Part shown: piece after piece, positions 24,691 through 37,935 of the stretch
Layout: every line of letters begins with the position of its first letter
Numbering within the stretch: position 1 is the first letter of the stretch
Source of the DNA: Lytechinus pictus
Lineage: Eukaryota
Direction of reading: 5' to 3'
Assembly (NCBI RefSeq): GCF_037042905.1
Contig: NC_087251.1
Location: 25,298,001-25,362,000, forward strand
Length of the DNA stretch: 64,000 bases
Translations under genes and position numbers: made by a program
The notes under the pieces: generated by a model
Told to the model about the DNA's origin: nothing
The model's input: only the letters and a program-made list of their open reading frames with translations
Database searches by the model: none

Positions 24691-27600
24691 TTAAGTCAAA
24701 TATATGTCTCTAATGTGAAAATTAGATGCAAAAAGTACAATTTCTTGTCAATTTTTGTTCAACTTACAACTCAATATACCGGTAATGAGATTCATGGCTT
24801 CTGAAGGGGATTTGTCTTTTTAAGTCTGTATTATAGTGAAATGAAATAGAGAAGACCCTTTTCAACATGTAGATTGATGATTCTTGCACGATAGATTGTA
24901 TATATTCTAGATAATATCTTAGTATGTCATTATTTGATAATATTTTAATGTTACTAAGGCTGTCTCTGAAGAGGCGATTCAGCTTTGAAATGAATATTGA
25001 TTTTATTATTTTATTAGAGGTGGTTATTTGATAAATTTTGATAAATTCTGCAATTGCTGTCACTCTTCAATGAAGTGCAATAATGCCAACAAAGAATGCA
25101 GAATCTTAGAATTTTAAATATGATGTGATTTCTAACTAAATCAACTTCCAGTGAAAAGTAAACAAACAGAACCACTCAATTTAATGCCGATTTCAATTGA
25201 AAAATACAGTAAACCTTGTAAATTACATTATTGAAACTGCTTAAAGGAACAAATAAGTCCATTTATGTTAATTGAGAATGAGAATTTGGTGGGAAGGCTA
25301 GAAGATGAAATCAACTGCAAATATTATTAAGATTTTTTTTTTTCATAAACGCCTTGATTTGTTTCATTATGCACCTTTTCATGTAATTCTATTTCATTAA
25401 TTACTGATGATTAACAATCATCTACCGCACCAAGGAAAATGATCTCGGCCAAGACTATATGACAAGTTTTCATGGAAATGGTGCGATAGTGTCCAAGTAC
25501 AATACCATCGTATCTGGCTGTATCTCTGGGTGCTGGTTCCTTGACATCCAGATAGGTTAAGTCATTCTTTAATATTTCTATGTAGCAAATTCAATTGGAC
25601 ATTTACTGACATACAACAAATTCATGGAGATATATACGTATGTATATTCATGGATGTATATTGCGTGATCTTGTACATTATTCTATTTGGTATACACGTG
25701 TAGGTGACATTGTACATTATGGTGATATCATGTTATATTGTACCACACTTCATCAAGATCACATGTATTTTCGACGTTATTTTTCTACATTCTTATTGTA
25801 ATTACATGAATGGAACAGCAGTTGAAAATTGAAATTATGGGTTTGTGTACGGATTGAGGCGATTATCTGATTATGTGACTTTATATATTAACATGTACAA
25901 ATGTTTAGTCTTGTTATTGATTGAATTGTGAAATGTCTGAAATATGCTAATGAATATAGTTGTTTTGGAAAACTTTGCAAGTGGCATTCTTATCTTTCTT
26001 CTTCAACAAACCTCTCTTCCCCAAAATTGATTTCCATGTCTTCTCACATATGTCATATTAATTTTAAATTTCTTAATTGTATATGGGTCTTTTTGAGATA
26101 AAAGTGTATTTTCATCACTTTATCATGTAGGAAGCAATGACAAATGTGAAGAAGAAAAAAAATATATTTTAACATTTGCAATTTAGTTTGTTGGTGTTCT
26201 TTAGTGTTTTTATGTAACAAATTAAATACTGCACCAAATATTCCTCTTTGATAGGAATTATATAATTTAAAAACATGGATAGCCATGTAATATAGATTTT
26301 AATTCTATGTCAAATTTCTATTCATTGTAATGTACTGAAAAGCAAGCATTCGAGTTGATCATGCATCAAATCAACAATTCATTACTAAAACTTTTTCTGC
26401 TATTTATAAAGTTGAAAGAATACTAGGATCATATTTGCAAGGAGTTTTCAATTTTTATGTCGAGTGTAGATAAGTTTTTATATGAAAATAATATGATTCA
26501 GAGTTGATATGAATGTGACTTTTACTGGATCTAAAATGCACAAAGTCAATTTTGTCATAAAATGTCCATTTTAATGAACATTTTATTAATCAGGTGATTT
26601 ACCCTGGTGGAATGAATATTCCTCGAGGGTGATCCATTCAAGCTTTGTATAATGTTATGCATGGCTTCACAACTGACTGAACTACATGAATGGTAGGCAA
26701 ACTAGGTTTATTTTACCACATGTTTTTTAATTTTTAATTGCAAAGTACATGTATGAAAGAAAGAAATATTGCACTATTCAAATGATTGGAAATATTATGT
26801 TCAATTGCAAAAAAAGTAGTATTACTCAAACTTTGTCAGTTTTTTTTATTCACATTGCTTGCAATGCCATGCATAACTTTATATATACTTTATGAAAAAA
26901 TGTGCCCCCTTTAAATATTTTTTCAGCACATTACGTAAGTGTTAACAATAACACTATGTAACTACCAACTCGTGAAATGAGAATAAAAAAAGCAAAAGAT
27001 TTGTGTGTATTATTTATCACCATTTTAATCAGCGTTCTTTGTTTTGTTACATACAATATTTTTATTTACCACGGGTCTGTTGCAGGAAATTGAAACTTGA
27101 TTTAACCAACCAGAAGCATGGACCTGGCCACTAAGGATTATTTATTGTTACTGGGAGTGCTGTGACAAAACCCCAGTAACAATAGAATAATCCTCCGTGG
27201 ACAGGGCCTTGATCAGAAGCTTTAGAGATATCTTTGTGTAACAGGCCCCACAAGAAAAAATAAAGTATTTTACAGAATTTTTCAGTCTACACTGGTCCAT
27301 GGCATCCATGCCATAAAATTTTCAAACCTTTGCATAATGAAAGCATGTACATAACTGGTTTGATACAAGCAATGTTTATATTTTGAGAATAAGGCAAGTT
27401 TCAATGAGAAAACAGATCAACTCATTAGTAATGAATCCAATATCAGAGCACTGTAATAGAGGCCATAAAGGTGTGTGTGTGGGGGGGGGGGGCTTTTAAA
27501 GAAGAACAAAAGCACTTGCAAAGGGTAAGGTGCGTTGCTATATCAGTGCGGAAATTATCTCTTGTTAGGTATACTTGAAGCCCCCAAGTAAGAAATTGCC

Positions 27601-28223
27601 ATAAATACAGTATCCAAAGCGGATTGATCTAGATATACATGTTAAGAAGCATTTAATAGTAAGTTGGTATTGGTCTCATGAATGGTTGTATTTCAAAGCA
27701 TATTTTATTGCCCTTTGAAAATTAGACCATTTCCTGTGAATCCCCAGGGGAGAAGGTAACTGCTATCGCAAGGTGAGCAACATGCTCCTTATGCCTGTAT
27801 TATAACTAAGTAACGCTGCTTACTGTATGTGTGTACTGAAATACTTGCTAATCAAAATGCTTGAATCTCAACCAAACATGTTTTATGACAGACTGGGGGA
27901 TCTCACAGCCTGGAATTTCATGAATGTTTGCATTAGAAACGAGCACTGATTGTTAGTCCCCTTACAAGTAAACATCTTAAATTGAAAGAAGAACATCGAT
28001 TTTAAAAGGAATGGGGAAAATGTTTCCAGAATATTACTTTTGCTTCTTACTTTATATATCCGATTTAGGGCTTCAGTTGAAATGGTATTATGGAACACAT
28101 ACAAATAATGCACGATATGCATCCATAAAAGTTCACATTCATGTTATATACAACAGACAGTAAGTTGTGAAATCATTTTCCAAGGGCTAATAATACATCG
28201 GGACTGATTCCTCTTCTCGACTC

Positions 28224-28884
28224 CCCGGGGGGCCACTTACATTGACGAGTGGATACCATGCGCGACCAAAAAAACACGTAAAAAGGATGTCTTTTTCAAG
28301 ATAGGGCACGTTACGTACGTAACGTGAAAAGGGTGTCAAAAACACAAAAATATTGAAAAAAGGGTATCTATTTCGCTCGGAAAAATATACGTGTTTAGGG
28401 TCAAAATTAATATGCGGGGATGATAAAACAAAATCAAAAATGTTTTATAAAGGATGTCCTTTTGCCCCAACACTACGTGTTTAGAGTCCGATTTGCGCGA
28501 GGTGTGGAAGGTGGGGCCGTACTACACCCCAAAAATGGTATGTAAAGGTAAAACCGACGACCGACGGACCCGTGACATCGCTGTACTAGTTTAGGGGTTC
28601 ATTTCAGGGAATACTTGCCAAGAGTATCGTTTTTTCCAATACTTGTTAAGGGGTGCATTTTCAGAATATGGAAAATACATCGTTGTACTTGTTTAGGGGC
28701 TCAATTCTGGTAATACTTGCCAATAGTATATGTTTCCAATACTTGTTAAGGGTAGGGTTTCACCACACGCCAATACTTGTTAAGGGGTGCATTTTCAAAA
28801 TATGGAAATACGTGTTTAGGTTGCTTTTCAAGACCCCGTGGTCGCGCATGATATCCACTCGTCAATGGAAGTGGCCCCTCCGGG
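28224..28884. mobile_element. CCCGG-ended TIR element with 8-bp TSD, superfamily unassigned
   Basis: ~40-bp TIR CCCGG..GGCCACTT(A/C)CATTGACGAGTGGATAYCATGCGCGACCA, perfect TSD CTCGACTC, internal CCAATACTTGTTAAGGG repeats. Confidence 0.88.
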
Positions 28885-29058
28885 CTCGACTCTAACCATC
28901 TACTCCACAGAATTGATACTTGATGGAAAAATAAATTAGTGTAAAAAGATCTTGACAAAAAGGTAAAGATGATAAAAAATCTCAAAAATTAAAGGTGGAC
29001 AGGTAGCAGAAAACGGTGTATTTATAGTGCCTTATTCTTCAGTACAGATTAAAGATTA

Positions 29059-29266
29059 AGGGGGCTGTCACACAGGCATATTTTAGCCAGCATATACCAA
29101 TATACATATGGCAAGTAATTTACAATTTAAATATATAGGCTACATATTGATATTTAAAAAAATGCCACTTGTTTATCAACAAAATAGATTCGTGATATAA
29201 AGAAAATATGATTTATTATGATAGAACGGCTTGCCTTGGCTAAATATATTGATGTGACAGCCCCCT
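29059..29266. mobile_element. Harbinger-like MITE
   Basis: TTA|AGGGGGCTGTCACA..TGTGACAGCCCCCT|TTA. Confidence 0.75.
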
Positions 29267-29957
29267 TTAATAGAAATCAGTATCGTCACTAGTTGCCTAA
29301 TTTATGATCTTGGTATTATTTTCACAATAGAGGACACTTACTTAAAATGGAACATGAATAGTGATGCTGGACTAGCAAAATAAGTGAAAATAACAATCTG
29401 AACATTTCAACTAACTGCTTAAGCATATTTTCATGAATTTCCACTTGACTTTAAGTTGTTATTTTCAAAATTCTGGTGTTGTTTTGATGTGCAGCAATGA
29501 TGAGACACAGAAGAAAAATTTAAGTTATATCAGACACATTTTCATCATTTTTATGCATAATGGCACAGTAGAACTAACCAAACCTCAACCTCAGTTTGAT
29601 GTGTATAGCTCACATGGATAGCTCTATGATATACAAGGAGTCCGCACCAAATGTGCAAGAGAAAATAGATTTTTTAAAACATGAAGCAAATCATATTCAA
29701 TGACAAACCCTAATATATTTCCTCTGGCATTCATAGTGCTTAAAGGAAATAAGTAGCAGAACAATATCTTACCCCAAATTCAAGTCTTTCATGTTTAGCT
29801 GGGATGTTCCAATTATTGTTGCTTTCACATTCCATTTCAATACACAATGTAGTATTCAATTTTCAGTCCTCGAATACATGTACATTATTTTTTACATTAT
29901 AGTACATTATATTTACAAATATGCCATAGTAAAAAACACAAAAACAAACAATAGCTG

Positions 29958-30020
29958 TCATTCTGTCCAGCGATGGCCACAATTTGGAGCTGTGCAAACG
30001 TAATACAATCGCATTCCCTC
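29958..30020 (-). CDS. POLR2I: POLR2I exon 5
   Basis: [26 protein letters not shown]. Confidence 0.96.
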   Translation of the reverse strand, partial: EGMRLYYVCTAPNCGHRWTE

Positions 30021-33000
30021 CTGTGCATGGAAAAATGAGAAAACAAAACATATAGTTGGCAATCTTATTGGCAAAACATAAGAGCATCATGCAACAATTC
30101 AGTGAATTAATTCTTATCTCAACATAACTTTCAGGGATTACAATCTTTAAATTTAATTTCATTATATTCTGGCCACCTTGCAAGATCACATGATAATAGG
30201 TGGACCAAACGCATCACAGAATGGAGACCATGGCTAGGATCACAAAATCTGGTTAGACAAAAATTGAGATGGAGTGACGAGCTCACAAAATTCATTGGCA
30301 TAAATTGGATTGCATCAGCACAAAACGAGCACCTTTGGCACCAACTTTAGGAGGCTTTCGCCTTGCAGTGGGCTGAACATGGCTGATATGATGATGATGA
30401 TGATGATATTCTCCTTTGAATATTGAATAAATGTGTGTGACAAAGTGCTGATACAGTACATGTAAAGTGAATATTTTTAATGGAGCATTTTATGTCCAGA
30501 TATATGTAAATATGGAATTCAAATATTGAAATCATTCAATATTCATCATGAGGAAAGTAATTCACAGTATTTCAATTTTGCTTTGTTTTGCCCATCAGCA
30601 GCTGATAATAGGAAACTACATTAAAGAAACCAAAACTGGACTACAATGTCTTGGTCTTGGATTTTGACAAATCAAGTTGGTAGGTCCCTGTGGGACTCGA
30701 ATAGAATTGTTACTCTCACCTCTGCTCTATTTGCTTGTGACTGGAAAAAAACAGATTCTCGATGACCACACATCTCACATGGATGATCTTCAGTCCTCGG
30801 TAATGTAGGGTCAGCAACCACTTCGGCTACAATTTGTGTGAGCTCACTAAAAATAAAAAATAAAAGGTCCGATTCAAAGATATCAAAGATCCTATTGTCA
30901 TTGGAGGCAATAATATATGTACATGTACCATGTAAAAGATTGTCAAAAGACAACAATTGGTACGGGCAGGTTAAATTGAACAAACCATAGCAACTTAAAT
31001 CCATCAGTGAGCCATTAAAGGTCAAGTCCACCCCAGAAAAATGTTGATCTGAATAAATAGAGAAAAATCAAACTACATGTAGCATAACACTGAAAATTTC
31101 ATCAAAATTGGATGTAAAATAAGAAAGTTATGAAATTTTAAAGTTTTGCTATTTTTCCCGAAACAGTGATACGCACAACTCGGTGATATGCAAATGAAAC
31201 AGATGATGATGTCACGCACTCACTGTTTCTTTTGTTTTTTATTAAATGAATTATACAATATTCAATTTTTTATAGATTTGACAATAAGGACCAACTTGAC
31301 TGAACCATATAGTATTAAACAATGCTAATTCCACATGTAAAGGGAGGAATTAACTGTTGTTTCACTTGGCAATGAGGAGAAAATTAGAACATTTCATATT
31401 TCTTATAATAAAATATAAAATAGTGAGTGGATGACATCATCAGTCTCCTCATTTGCATACCAACCAGGATGTGCATATAACTGTTTTGTGAAAATTAAGC
31501 AAAACTTTAAAATGTCATAACTTTCTTTTTTTTACATCCGATTTTGATGAATTTTTCAGTGTTGTGCTTGGATTTTTCTCTTCTTATTCAAATCAACTTT
31601 TTGTTCGGGTGGACTTGTCCTTTAAAGTTTGCTCCTGATTTGTGTTGATTTGGGTAAATAACTATCAGACTATCAAAGTATCATATTTATGTGTAGAACA
31701 AAAGCTGTTTAGCTAGAAGTTTCACTATTCGCATACTGTAAAGAGAGTTTGATGAACTTCACAATGAGGTGTTGATGAAGCATCCCTAATTCAACAACCC
31801 TTGTATGTTGATGAACTATTTCATCTACATGAATACCATCATAATTTTCCCCTAAAATAATAATAACACACAATCAATATTTTCTTAGATCTGTGTTTAT
31901 TTTGAATACCGTACACTTCAGCTAATTATCAGTCTGAAATAAAAAGCAATCATCTATGGGAAAGTTGTCCTTGCCCATTTGTCATAATTTACTTACCCAG
32001 TTGCCAATTTGAAATCTACATAGTAATAGTGATCTCAATTTTAAAGCAGCTATAACTTTCTTATTGCTTGTCCGATTTCTTTCAAACTTTCACCATTCTG
32101 TTTAATTTATTTTTCTCCTTCCCAACGCAACATTTTATGGCCAAGGCTGGATTCCCCTTTAAGATAAATTGTCGAATGCTTTCATATATGACGAACGGCA
32201 ACCGAGAAGTCTTTGTCGAAAATTGGTAAATTAAAAACAGCAGTTATATAAAGTAAAGGCAAGTATTCAGAATGAACTTTCATCAAAATCAATACAGTTT
32301 GAAGATAAATTTATACAGGTATATCAATACAAAGTTACGGTAGCAACTAGAAAGAAAATAAATAAACAACAAAATACTCACTCGACTTCATGGGTGATTT
32401 TATTGACATAGACACATGCATTATCAGCTTCTTGTTGGTAGTCACAATTTCTGCACTGTTAGTGTATAAAGAGAATATTAATAAATTAATATTCCATCAG
32501 GTTGCTTATTGGACACTGACATTAGATGTTGTGTCTTATCATTAGTTATGAATACTTAAAGTTCATGTGACCACTGACCAGCCACCCCCAAAGCAACAAT
32601 AAGTTGCCAAAAATGAATATAAGAATTTTTTTTAGCTTGAAAAGCACTTCCTACATGTAAGCTTTAAAATGTTATATAATTTGTCAAAATTGATCAACAA
32701 TAACCATAACAAGTACTGTACTTGATTGAATGCAGAGGAAATTCAGCGAGTGCTTCACAAAAATGAGAAAAGAAGGTTTGAAGTTTGGGGTTCACCCAAG
32801 CATGAGATGTGCACACTGCACACTGAGTGATTTTGGTTTGTCAACTACTAGTATATACATGTAATTTGGTTTAATTGCCACTGAACCACTTGGTCTAATT
32901 ACACCATTTTCTATCTTTTTGGAAGGAAATACTGTAACATAGTTTCACTTCATTTTCCATTCAAATAAGAAATTTGGTGAAAACTGAAATAAAGTTACAT

Positions 33001-36000
33001 TCATAATTCATTTCAAAGCAGTATGATATGAATTCAGGGAATATTTGGTCAGTTTCAAGGTATTTTATGGTCACTATTTCCCCAAATAGTTCAAACATTT
33101 AGCAAAATTTGTAAATGTTTTTTGTAGTATAAACGGTCGTTTATACATCGGTTAAACACTTTGACTCAAGCCTACATTTATAATTTCAAAACACAATACT
33201 TACAGCATAAAGCAGTATCCTGTTTTCCTTGTCCTCTTTTGGGTACAACATGTTGTTACTGAAAAATATGATAAAAACAGAAACATTCAGTATATATGGT
33301 GCTATAATAAGTCTATGCACTCCCCATTATTTACACAAATATCTACAATGTACATGTACGCATTTCTAATCAAAGAAAACATGCAACAACCATATACTTT
33401 TTCTGGTTTACGAGACAGATATTCATTATAAAATCAGAATCAAAATGGAGAGAATTCATGATGAAATTCATCCTTTTCAGGCATTTCACAAATATGGCCT
33501 AAAAATGATAGCTAAATAAAAAAAAATTAAAAGAAATTAACTGATAACGAATAAAGTATGTGCTCCTATTGGCATCTGTCCCCTGTGAGCTGCCGGGGCT
33601 GAATAAACACTAAAAACTTGAAAAAATATTTTGATACCCCTTCAGAAATTAACTTGGACAGTCTCAGTCCTAGTTCACAAAAAACAAACAATACTCAGCA
33701 CAAGCAGTAATTATAAATGAGTCTCACTCAACATCATTAGAAATTGAAACCATTAGTCAAGCTCGGAAAATAAAATAGTTTATTAACTTAACTTTACATG
33801 TAAGTTAAGAAACTGGATGTTTGTTTGTTAATGAAGTAAATGGTCCATATTTTGCTATAGATTCTTTTTTACACTACCAGAAAAAAAATGCATGGGGTGG
33901 CTGCTCACAGACACAAGAGTCATTTTTCTAGATGGGTCTGGTGAGCTGCCACCCTATGTAAAATCTAAGTGCCAACTTAGATTTTTAAAAAAAATACTTG
34001 CGTCGGCCGATAAATATCATGAATCGTAAAATATCATGAAGTGATTTCATGATATTTATTAGCCGATGCAAGTATCTTACATTCCATGATATTTATCGGC
34101 CGACGCAAGTATTTTAAAAAAATCTAAGTTGGCACTGCTCATGCATCCATACACATGCATCTTTACCTCTCAGTCATCTAATCTTAAGATCAATATGGGA
34201 TCTTTAGTGAAATATAATTTCTCCTTTATATCTTTTGTTTCTTTTACTTTACCCCCTCCTGGTTTTCATCTCTTTATTTTTTTTGCCTTTCTTTCTGTCC
34301 CTGCTCATTTCGCCCCTTTTGCCTCTTTTCCAGTTTCCTATATCTTTCTTGCACATTATGAATATATCTGGGGCGTATACGCGTGGGTAATATAGCACCA
34401 AAAAGGAGAAATAGAAAGAGGAAGGGGAGGGAGAGAAAAATAGAAAAAATATACGAGAAAATGTGGAGGAAATAATAGTAATACATTAGAACTTCGTAAT
34501 TCAAGAATTTCATTTGCAGTGATCATTATTTATACAAATTTATACAAATACTGATTTTAATTATCGAAACTGCCATTGTTTGTCTTTATTTAATACTCTG
34601 TATTAATCTTAATTGATGCATATTGTGCCCAATTTATCCCCAAAATTGTGATAACTGATAAGGAATTTTCATACTGCAATAAATTAATAGGTATAAAATA
34701 AATTAACAAATGCATGTTATTTGATTACAAGCATTATCATATCTTGGGGTAAATTCTTTGTACATGTATACTAGTAGTAGTAGTGCAGTAGACATTGAAA
34801 GTTGAATGAAGACTAAATGTGGACTATTTTAAGACCCAGACCAGACCCCAAAAGTTGACAAATCAGTCAAATCGAAAGCTATTAATTCAAACTAAAAACA
34901 GAAATGCAAGTTTTATGCAGTCATCGCTTATATACAGCTGAATATTTTGCTTAAGAATAACTCCAATTATCGGGTTTCGAAAATATACTTTCTTGTAAAT
35001 ATGCTTTCACCGGCCTCGCACCGAGAACGTGACGTCATGTAGTGTTAGAAGTGGTGTAATTCCATAGAGTTGTAACAAGAAAATGGGTTATTTTCCCCTT
35101 TCAGATTACGCATTTTATTTCTTCACTTCTATCAGTATCACATACCGGTAGATAGAGATATCAATTATCATATTCATAAATATCTTTTTCTGCAAAGTGC
35201 AAGCTTTAATTGATGAAATCTACCGCTTTTGACTAGTTTTCTCGTCCCACGTGACGTATGTGAATGAAGGATATCGCGATAGCGCAAGAATGATATCTTT
35301 CGAAGAGAGTGGCCTTTTTTGGTACTGAATCCGCCGGAGTAGAACACGATCCGCCGGCGGATTTGGTGCCTAGAACAGTATCTGCCAGGCGCAGGATCCG
35401 CCGGTACACTAGCCTCTTGTCGAGGCCCTGGCAGCTGCTTCCCGAGCGAAGCGAGGGCTTTCCTAATTCGCGAAGCGAATTAGGCCTGGCGCGAGCCAGG
35501 GCCTCTTGACATCTGAACTGAATTATATATTCATGAGGAACGTCTTCCTAATGAATATACATGAGTCATGATATTACCGGTCACCGAGTAAACCAATGAA
35601 ATGTCAGAGCTGTTTCGTCTTGGGTTCGGAATACTATATAGTAGTACACTATTCTGCAGGGGATTCATTTAATTGCGGGACACTAAAGGGGATATAACCA
35701 GCAAAATGCTACAAGTAGTGGTACTACTACTACTACTACTATTACTACTGGCCGTAACAGACCCATCACCGCCCCGAAACTTCCCGGGAGATACTGCTCA
35801 GCCGCTGGTCAGACTCGAGTCAACTCCCAGCAACTCCACTCCAGCTTCCCTCACTGCACTGCACAGCGGAGATCGATAATCGACGCCCCGGATCGACCGG
35901 TGGAATCGCATGAAATATTACTTTTTTTTCCATATCCTGTGGGTAGATTTACAAAGACATCTCGTCCTTTCAGTGCAGAGTTAATTTCATCGACTTGCAA

Positions 36001-36550
36001 ATCCTTAAATCGGTCAATATTCAGCATTTTAGAGGCATATTCAGTGCTCTTTGATATTTCGTCGTCACTCTTCGCCAAGAATCCAAGGGTCGCCATTCAA
36101 GATGAGCTCATGAATATTTAATATGACGTCATAGCAGCTCGCGCTCTCATTGGATGATTTTCACCGACCAGTTTTTGGTCGGTGAATTGGTAAAAACAAT
36201 AAAAAACAAAAGAAAGTCGGTGAAATTCGGTACAGATGTCCAGAGGCCCTGTCTCGCGGCGCTCTGCTTCGCTCTCTCCCGTGCTTTGCCATGTTCGCTC
36301 GGAAAGCAGCCGACAGGGCCTCGACAAGAGGCTACCGGTACACCGGCCGCCAGAGCTAAGCCTAGGCTAAGGCGGAGCTGCTAGCTACAGCTGATCAATC
36401 ACAATGCACATTCATCACAAAAACTTAGTCGAGCCGGAGAGGCAGTTTAGTTCTACCAAACAATAAAGGAACTTACCATTCCTGGCAAAATCGAATTCCT
36501 ACAAATCCAGGTCCTCGTTGTTTTTCTTGTTCTGGGTGACTTAATTCCAT
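29958..36550 (-). CDS. POLR2I: RNA polymerase II subunit RPB9, complement(join(29958..30020,30720..30846,32382..32455,33204..33258,36477..36550)), 130 aa
   Basis: [130 protein letters not shown]; two zinc ribbons, closely matching animal RPB9; all introns GT-AG and in phase. Confidence 0.97.
30171..30405 (+). mobile_element. 5'-truncated RTE-clade LINE 3' end in POLR2I intron 4
   Basis: [49 protein letters not shown], (GAT)n tail, TSD ATATTCT. Confidence 0.82.
30720..30846 (-). CDS. POLR2I: POLR2I exon 4
   Basis: [47 protein letters not shown]. Confidence 0.96.
31019..31621. mobile_element. Kolobok-like MITE family A, opposite orientation to 3480
   Basis: TTAA|AGGTCAAGTCCACCC..GGGTGGACTTGTCCT|TTAA. 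Confidence 0.85.
32382..32455 (-). CDS. POLR2I: POLR2I exon 3
   Basis: [30 protein letters not shown]. Confidence 0.96.
33204..33258 (-). CDS. POLR2I: POLR2I exon 2
   Basis: [25 protein letters not shown]. Confidence 0.96.
33968..34137. mobile_element. Short palindromic MITE (hAT-like ends)
   Basis: AGTGCCAACTTAGATTTTT..ATACTTGCGTCGGCCGATAAATATCATG and its reverse complement ending GTTGGCACTG. Confidence 0.7.
35410..36334 (-). mobile_element. Internally deleted AcademH-type DNA transposon with a RecQ helicase fragment
   Basis: 41-bp TIRs starting TAGCCTCTTGTCGAGGCCCTG (3 mismatches), perfect 9-bp TSD CCGGTACAC (35401-35409, 36335-36343), internal RecQ motif 0/I. Confidence 0.85.
35851..36096 (-). 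pseudogene. Truncated, frameshifted RecQ-like SF2 helicase N-terminus inside the Academ element
   Basis: [28 protein letters not shown] (motif 0 and Walker A); the expected continuation IFHAIP lies in another frame after an A-run. Confidence 0.8.
36477..36550 (-). CDS. POLR2I: POLR2I exon 1
   Basis: [30 protein letters not shown]. Confidence 0.93.
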
Positions 36551-36633
36551 ATTTTTGCTTAATACCAGAACCAAAATTGAAAAAAAGATCTAACGTGCGT
36601 TATGAATTCACGCAAGACTGCATGCTATGCTAA

Positions 36634-37535
36634 GCTTCTTCTTCTTCAGCTTCTTATGTTGGTTTGAGTGGCGATTAGTCATATTTGACTATTGTCGCCA
36701 TTGACATTATTAATAAAAAATCTCACTTCTCACATAATAATATTATTACCAATATGATGTATACATATATAAAATATTTTTTTTGTATCCTTCTGATATG
36801 AAAGAGGATAATTATGATATGTACAAAAGTTTGCAGTAACTCTTGTCAAAATGGCATATAAACAAAACTTCACCAAAAACAAACCGCTATCTTCAGCTCA
36901 GTTCCAACTAGTTGCGCTTGCCCTGCCCTTTCAAAGATGCAATCATACCGGTCAGCACGGTACATTGTGCCGATTTTTCGGACATAAATGCCTAGGTCAC
37001 CCATGCATAGACGAGGGGGCGCTAGTGTACCTGTGCTTACAGATGGGTTAAACATTAAAATAATTTGTTTCTTTTTTTTTAAACAACAACAACAACAAGG
37101 CGAAAACACTTGTGGGCTTTGTTAGTTATATGTGCAGAATATATCATATTGTATATATTATATCATACATTATTATGTATATATATATATTTTTTCTTCT
37201 TTTCACATTATAGACTTGTACAAGCATATCCATTCATATTTCTTATAGACAATACAATATTAAAATAGTACATCACTCCTTACTAAAACGTTTCGTTCTT
37301 GAAACGAAACGTAGAAATGCTTTCTGTATCCCTGGGTCATCTTTTTTTAAATACTCCATTATTTGTCCTGGCTGTGATTCATTCAATTCTACAAGGAGCA
37401 TTGATCTTTCAATTATATATTTTGGACAATGTAAAAGATAATGTCTGACAGTTTCTACCTCAGGACATCTATCACAAAACCCTGTTGGATGGATCCCTAA
37501 TCTTAGTAGATCTTGGTTAAGACCAGCTAAGGTAG
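36634..37535 (-). mobile_element. 3' remnant of an I/Nimb-type LINE: ORF2 CCHC end (37273-37535), probable 3' UTR and (AAG)n tail
   Basis: GLNQDLLRLGIHPTGFCDRCPEVETVRHYLLHCPKYIIER; on the minus strand TGGCGA..TCGCCA..AAACCAAC..AAGAAGAAG tail near 36634-36700; joining the tail to the ORF is inferred. Confidence 0.65.
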
Positions 37536-37677
37536 GTGTCCGCTGATTAAGGTGTCTCCTACTTTGCAAAATCATGGAGAATTACGAACCCCCATCCTTG
37601 TCTCGCCCCTATAATTGCCACACAGACAGGAAAGGTTGAAAAACGTTGACTTTACACGTTACTAGTATCTGCGATAT

Positions 37678-37935
37678 CAATAATAATAATAATAATGATA
37701 ATAAATTAGTCTTATATAGCGCTTTTCATGAAATCCATATCAAAGCGCTTTACAATGTAGAACATACGAAATATACAAACAAAAGTGAAATTAGAAATCA
37801 TATAACTAAAAATTAATATCAAGGACACTAAAATGGGGCTATATGTTGAATAGGCTTTCTTCATGATGTACGTCTTTAAATTGGATCGAAACGATGTGAT
37901 ATTTGGGATACAACGGAGGGAAGCTGGAAGAATGA
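37678..37935 (-). mobile_element. L2-clade LINE 3' end
   Basis: ILPASLRCIPNITSFRSNLKTYIMKKAY followed by TGTAAAGCGCTTTG..AAGCGCTATATAA and a (TAT)n tail. Confidence 0.75.

Noticed and set aside
25430..25560. Possible extra exon between APLF and POLR2I
   Set aside because: Short open frame with no recognisable motif, weak splice signals, and both flanking genes are already complete.
35851..36096. Host RecQ/BLM/WRN gene nested in POLR2I
   Set aside because: Only motifs 0 and I, frameshifted, and enclosed by TIRs and a TSD.
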